From a virus (taxonomy: Duplodnaviria; Caudoviricetes): DNA of 28,684 nucleotides. Both the position numbers and the translations under genes were made by a program. The notes under the pieces are model-generated. The model was not told the origin of the DNA. It worked only from the letters and a program-made list of their open reading frames with translations, and searched no databases. Shown here piece after piece: positions 24,777 through 28,684 of this stretch. The DNA is taken from positions 1 through 28,684 of IMG/VR virus record IMGVR_UViG_3300037309_000132; one strand, written 5' to 3'. Position 1 is the stretch's first letter. Each line of letters opens with the position of its first letter.

Positions 24777-26666
24777 ATGCCCCAGCTTGCCGCCCATGCC
24801 CAAGTCGCCCAGACCGCGCTGACCCGGTCGTTCCTGCAACGGCAGGCGCGCTCGCTTTATTGGCGCGGATGGCGGCTGCGCGACATCGCCGAAGAATTCA
24901 GCCTGCCCTACCAGACCGTCAACAGCTGGAAACGCCGGGGCGAATGGGATGACGCCAGCCCGCGCCAGATCATCGAAGACCGGATCGAAGCGAAGATCGC
25001 GGCCTATCTTGACCGCGACGATTTCAACGAAGGGCACATGAAGCGGGTCGATTTCCTGACCCGCATGATGGAGCGCATGGCGCGCGTCGCGAAGTTCGAA
25101 GTCAGCGGCAAGCCCAGCGATCTGAACCCGAAGATCGCCCGGCGCAACGATGACGCCGCGCAGGCGAAGCGCGCTGAAGGGCGGCGCAATTTTCTGACCC
25201 GCGAGCAGTGGCAGGCGCTGCTGGATGATTTCCACGCAAAGAATTTCACCTATCAATCCGGATGGTGGGAACAGCGCGACCAGCGCACCCGCAAGTTCCT
25301 GAAGGCGCGCCAGATCGGCGCGACCTGGTATTTCGCGCGCGAGGCGCTGGCCAAGATCGCGGAAAGCGTGTTGGCCGGGGAGCAACCGCGCAACCAGATT
25401 TTCCTGTCCGCGTCGAAGCGCCAGGCGATGAAGTTCAAGCGCGAGATCGTCAGCTGGGTCAAGCGGGTCTGCGATGTTGACCTGACCGGCGACCCGATCA
25501 TGCTGGATTTTTCTGGTCTGGTGGATGAAGCTGGCGAGCCGTTGTCAATCGACATGGTCGGGCTTTATCCGATTTCGACGAATTCGAACACGGCGCAGGG
25601 CGAAAGCGGCGATTTCTATTTCGACGAATTCTTCTGGGTCCATAATTTCGCGACGCTGCGCAAAGTCGCCGCCGCGATGGCGACCCACAAGATTTACAAG
25701 CGCACCTATTTTTCGACGCCATCGACGAAAACCCACGAAGCCTTCGCCTTTTGGAGCGGTGAAGAATGGAACAGCGGGAAGGCGAGAGGGAAACAGCGGA
25801 CGTTCGATTGCAGCCACAGGCATTTGCGCGGCGGGGCGATCATGCCCGATGGCAGTTGGTGCCAGATGGTCACGCTCGAGGATGCAATCGCGGGCGGGCT
25901 GGGCGAACTGGTCGATATCGACGAACTGCGCGAGGAATCGAGCGAAGACGAATTCCGCAACCTGTATGGCTGCGAATTCATCGACGATGCGGCCAGCAGC
26001 TTCGCCTGGGCGCGGCTCGCGCCCGCGCGCGTCGACAGTTTCCTGACCTGGCGCGATTTTCGCCCCGCGATGCTCGACATCCCCGGCGGTCGCCCGTTCG
26101 GGGACAAGCCGGTCTGGATTGGCTATGACCCGAACAAGCAAGGCCGCGACGATGCAGCGCTGGCCGTGATCGCCCCGCCCGATCAGCCCGGCGTGGGCAA
26201 GCTGCGCATCCTTGACAAATATCGCCTGAACGATTTCGATTTTCAGGGGCAGGCCGATTTCATCAAGTCGATCGCCGACCGCTACAATGTGACCGACATC
26301 GCGATCGACACCACTGGCCACGGGCGCGCGGTGTTCGAGCTGGTCAAGAAATGGTTCCCGACGGTGCGCGCCATCGAATATTCGGTCGCGACGAAGACCG
26401 CGCTGGTGATCAAGGGGCAGTCGCTGTTCCGCAGCGGGCGGGTCGAATTCGACGCGGGCTGGACCGATGTCATGCAAGCCTTCATGGCGATCCGCCCGGC
26501 CCTGACCGGGAGCGGCAAGGGGGTGACCTACACCGCCGCGCGCAACGGCAAGGTCGGCCATGCCGACATCGCCTGGGCGATCCTTCACGCCTTTTCGAAC
26601 GAACCGCTTGACATCGCCGACGCCATTTCTGGCGTCGGAGTTGGCCAGGTGATTTTCTCCGACTGA
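24777..26666 (+). CDS. gpP: Terminase ATPase (large) subunit P
   Basis: N-terminal HTH (SWKRR..WD), KARQIGATWYF Walker A variant, YFDEFFW Walker B, IGYDP and HADIAWA. Confidence 0.97.
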   Translation: MPQLAAHAQVAQTALTRSFLQRQARSLYWRGWRLRDIAEEFSLPYQTVNSWKRRGEWDDASPRQIIEDRIEAKIAAYLDRDDFNEGHMKRVDFLTRMMERMARVAKFEVSGKPSDLNPKIARRNDDAAQAKRAEGRRNFLTREQWQALLDDFHAKNFTYQSGWWEQRDQRTRKFLKARQIGATWYFAREALAKIAESVLAGEQPRNQIFLSASKRQAMKFKREIVSWVKRVCDVDLTGDPIMLDFSGLVDEAGEPLSIDMVGLYPISTNSNTAQGESGDFYFDEFFWVHNFATLRKVAAAMATHKIYKRTYFSTPSTKTHEAFAFWSGEEWNSGKARGKQRTFDCSHRHLRGGAIMPDGSWCQMVTLEDAIAGGLGELVDIDELREESSEDEFRNLYGCEFIDDAASSFAWARLAPARVDSFLTWRDFRPAMLDIPGGRPFGDKPVWIGYDPNKQGRDDAALAVIAPPDQPGVGKLRILDKYRLNDFDFQGQADFIKSIADRYNVTDIAIDTTGHGRAVFELVKKWFPTVRAIEYSVATKTALVIKGQSLFRSGRVEFDAGWTDVMQAFMAIRPALTGSGKGVTYTAARNGKVGHADIAWAILHAFSNEPLDIADAISGVGVGQVIFSD

Positions 26667-26687
26667 TCGACCCGAAAGGAATTGCCA

Positions 26688-27773
26688 ATGAGTGATCAGG
26701 ACAACCTGCCAGCGCCGACCCAGACCCCCGCCGGGGCGATGGCCTTCACCTTTGGCGACCCCGAAAGCGTGATCGATCGGCGTGATCTGGTCGATTATTT
26801 CGAGATTTATCACAACGGTCACTGGTTCGAACCGCCGCTGCCGATGGACCGGCTGTGCCAGGTGTTCAACATGGCGCCCGCGCATCGATCGGCGATTGCG
26901 CTGAAGGTCAATCTGCTGACCGGGTTGCAGGTGCCCACGCCGCAGCTGGGCTCGGATGATTTCGAGCGGTTCGCGCTCGACTTTCTGCAAATGGGCAACG
27001 GCTATCTCGAGAACGTGCCCAACCTGCGCGGGCGATTGGCGCGCGCGCGCCATGCCCCGGCGCGGCATCTGCGCGCCCCGGTCGGCGGGGGCGGGTATTA
27101 TTTCGCCAGCCTGGGCGGCATGGGCTTTGACCGCAGCCATCGCTTTGCCGATGGCGCGATCTTTCACCAGCAGCAGCCCGATGTCGCGCAGGAAATCTAT
27201 GGCCTGCCCGAATGGCTGGCGGCGCTGCAATCCGGCCTGCTGAACGAGAACGCGACGCTGTTTCGGCGGCGCTATTACCTGAACGGAGCGCACGCCGGGT
27301 TCATCCTGTATGTCAACGATGCCTTCGCCGATCAGGAAACCGCCCAGAAGGTCGCCGACAAGATGCGGTCGGCCAAGGGGGTCGGCAACTTCAAGAACAT
27401 GTTCTTCTATATGCCGGGCGGTAAGAAAGACGGCGTGCAGATCCTGCCGATCGGCGACATCGCGGCGAAGGACGAATTCAGCGGAGTGAAGAACATCTCG
27501 CGCGATGACATCCTGATCGCGCATCGGGTGCCGCCGCAGCTGATCGGGATCGTGCCTGCGAATTCGGGCGGGTTCGGGAAGGTGGGCGAAGCGCTCGACA
27601 CGTTCTTCCAGATCGAAATCGCCCCGATGATGCGGCGCATGATGGCGATGAACGAGTTCTTCGACGCGGAAATCCTGCGGTTCGAGAACTACAGCGCGAG
27701 CGATGGCGGCCAGATCACGCCGGAAGGGCGGCGCATCCCATCGCCCAGCGGCGCGAGCCCCGCAACCGGCTGA
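26688..27773 (+). CDS. gpQ: Portal protein Q
   Basis: AFTFGDPE, QEIYGLPE, LNENATLFRRRYY.NGAHAG and HRVPPQL motifs. Confidence 0.97.
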   Translation: MSDQDNLPAPTQTPAGAMAFTFGDPESVIDRRDLVDYFEIYHNGHWFEPPLPMDRLCQVFNMAPAHRSAIALKVNLLTGLQVPTPQLGSDDFERFALDFLQMGNGYLENVPNLRGRLARARHAPARHLRAPVGGGGYYFASLGGMGFDRSHRFADGAIFHQQQPDVAQEIYGLPEWLAALQSGLLNENATLFRRRYYLNGAHAGFILYVNDAFADQETAQKVADKMRSAKGVGNFKNMFFYMPGGKKDGVQILPIGDIAAKDEFSGVKNISRDDILIAHRVPPQLIGIVPANSGGFGKVGEALDTFFQIEIAPMMRRMMAMNEFFDAEILRFENYSASDGGQITPEGRRIPSPSGASPATG

Positions 27774-27812
27774 CCCGCCAGGGCGGACGCCCGACCAGCT
27801 TCGAACACAGTG

Positions 27813-27847
27813 AACCCCGCGTCCGCCCAGGTCGCGGGGTTTCTATT
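27813..27847 (+). terminator. Putative intrinsic terminator after the portal gene
   Basis: AACCCCGCG...CGCGGGGTT stem followed by TCTATT. Confidence 0.6.
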
Positions 27848-27890
27848 GTCCGCGATCGATGGCGACGCGGCACGGCCCTTCACCCGACCC

Positions 27891-27930
27891 CGCGCGCCGC
27901 GGACGCCCCCACGCCCCGCCTGCTTCTTTT
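27891..27930. other. cos-like cohesive-end region
   Basis: GCGCG-CCGCGGACGCCCCCACGCCCCGCC-TGC downstream of Q resembles the C-rich P2/phiCTX cos pattern (from memory). Confidence 0.55.
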
Positions 27931-27999
27931 TCGAATGAAGTTATCCATTGGGGACGGGTGGCGCTTCATCTGTGGGTGGGGGGTATGTGCGGCGAAGGC

Positions 28000-28240
28000 A
28001 TAACATTCCTAACCTGCCCCTTCGAGCGCCCAGAAAAGCCCGGAATTCCGCCATTTCTGAAGTTAGGGTTGAGGCATTATCTGACATAATATTTTTTGGG
28101 TCTTTTCATTACATCATTGATTTTACGAGCTTCTTTGATCGGGAAAAATTAGAGTGGAGAGACACAATCTGATTATAAGGATATTAGGAAATTATTATGT
28201 CATAACACATTGTAATAAAACGAATGTTAGGAATGTTGGG
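28000..28240. other. AT-rich region with nested inverted repeats (origin-like)
   Basis: AACATTCCTAAC (28002-28013) / GTTAGGAATGTT (28226-28237); TGACATAATA (28082-28091) / TATTATGTCA (28193-28202); several TTAGG-like units. Confidence 0.55.
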
Positions 28241-28300
28241 CGTTTCCCGCGCATACCCAGAATTGCTGGAAGGCTAACGGGTTTCTGCGGTTTTTTCATG

Positions 28301-28335
28301 AAAGAGCCCGGCCACGCTGGGAAGCGCGCCGGGCT
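28301..28335 (-). terminator. Hairpin downstream of the -RIAA stop
   Basis: AGCCCGGC (28305-28312) / GCCGGGCT (28328-28335) with inner CGCT-GGGA-AGCG; CTTT follows on - strand. Confidence 0.5.
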
Positions 28336-28365
28336 GGTTTGTCGTTTCGGAATTATCCGCCGGGG

Positions 28366-28492
28366 TCAGGCGGCGATGCGCAGTGTATGCTTTCGAGCAA
28401 ATCGTGCTCCCGCAACCAGCTTTACCTGACTCGCGTGCGAGCGGCAGTTTGATTGCGCTTCAGCGCATTTGACCAATTCCTGGACTTGCTGA
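28366..28492 (-). pseudogene. C-terminal fragment of a putative (serine) recombinase, cut off by the IS
   Basis: Open frame QQVQELVKCAEAQSNCRSHASQVKLVAGARFARKHTLRIAA*; LVAGA is the antisense tRNA 3'-end signature recalled from C-termini of tRNA-targeting recombinases. Confidence 0.5.
28398..28418 (+). other. att-like site: tRNA-fMet 3'-end fragment
   Basis: CAAATCGTGCTCCCGCAACCA versus CAAATCCTGCCCCCGCAACCA recalled for alphaproteobacterial tRNA-fMet (19/21); no tRNA body upstream; local dyad GAGCA-N5-TGCTC. Confidence 0.7.
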
Positions 28493-28684
28493 TGGTCTGA
28501 GCCCGAAGTTTCTACCCGCTACGAGTAGAGCCTTTGGCCGTTGTGATGCCCATCGCCGGGCGTGATGGCAACAACCGTATTGGGGGCATGCCCCCAATAC
28601 GGTTTGCCGATTTACCCCGTCCCCATTCCGCCGGGGTTCGGTTCCCGAGGCTCGAGTGGGGCCGGAAGTGGTTGTAGTCGTGCC
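28493..28684 (-). mobile_element. IS3-family (IS407-group-like) element, right end with transposase C-terminus
   Basis: - strand HDYNHFRPHSSLGNRTPAE motif; terminal IR-like TGGTCTGAGCCCGAAGTTTCTACCC starting with TG at 28493. Confidence 0.85.
28573..28604. repeat. Perfect 32-bp palindrome
   Basis: AACCGTATTGGGGGCA|TGCCCCCAATACGGTT, no spacer. Confidence 0.95.

Larger units (their letters stand above)
1..28418. mobile_element. P2-like prophage (left end outside window; right end probably at the att-like site near 28398-28418)
   Basis: Recognisable P2-type genes Q,P,O,N,M,L,X,R,S,J,I,H,V,W,FI,FII,E/E',T,U,D plus ogr, cI/cro and a cos-like site. Confidence 0.95.

Noticed and set aside
25545-27524. 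659-aa - strand ORF
   Set aside because: Antisense to terminase and portal, explained by GC-rich codon bias
28340-28418. Complete tRNA gene
   Set aside because: Only the 3' 21 nt resemble a tRNA; the upstream sequence lacks the D arm, anticodon arm and 5' acceptor strand
27859-28429. Three short + strand ORFs after the portal gene
   Set aside because: They overlap the cos-like, AT-rich repeat and att elements, and lack an RBS or protein-like features

Overview
The window is almost entirely one P2-like (Peduoviridae-type, contractile-tail) prophage in a high-GC host, probably an alphaproteobacterium (inference). From left to right it holds: (i) a leftward early operon (cro-like, hypothetical, ogr-like activator, small membrane protein, a DUF6948-like small protein and a Gly-X repeat gene made of 54 GGC-NNC hexamers that runs off the edge); (ii) a lambda-like cro/cI switch, with cI coupled to a lipoprotein gene and a small ORF; (iii) a P2-type tail and head gene set in rearranged order, with a relocated M23-peptidase lysis cassette, an extra 751-aa tailspike-like gene, two extra fibre-like genes between R and S, and an antisense thermonuclease; (iv) terminase and portal, a terminator, a cos-like site and an AT-rich origin-like region; (v) a tRNA-fMet 3'-end-like att site overlapping the tail of a recombinase-like frame that ends in -RIAA; and (vi) the end of an IS3-family element. 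No integrase body or replication gene lies in the window. The best leads are the DUF6948-like/Gly-X repeat gene pair, a possible recombination-switched degron at att, an Ogr carrying a beta-clamp-type motif together with three conserved late-promoter boxes, a possible peptide-linked fibre chain (gpR to fibre A to fibre B), and a non-canonical lysis module. All family assignments come from recognising motifs by eye; no searches were run.
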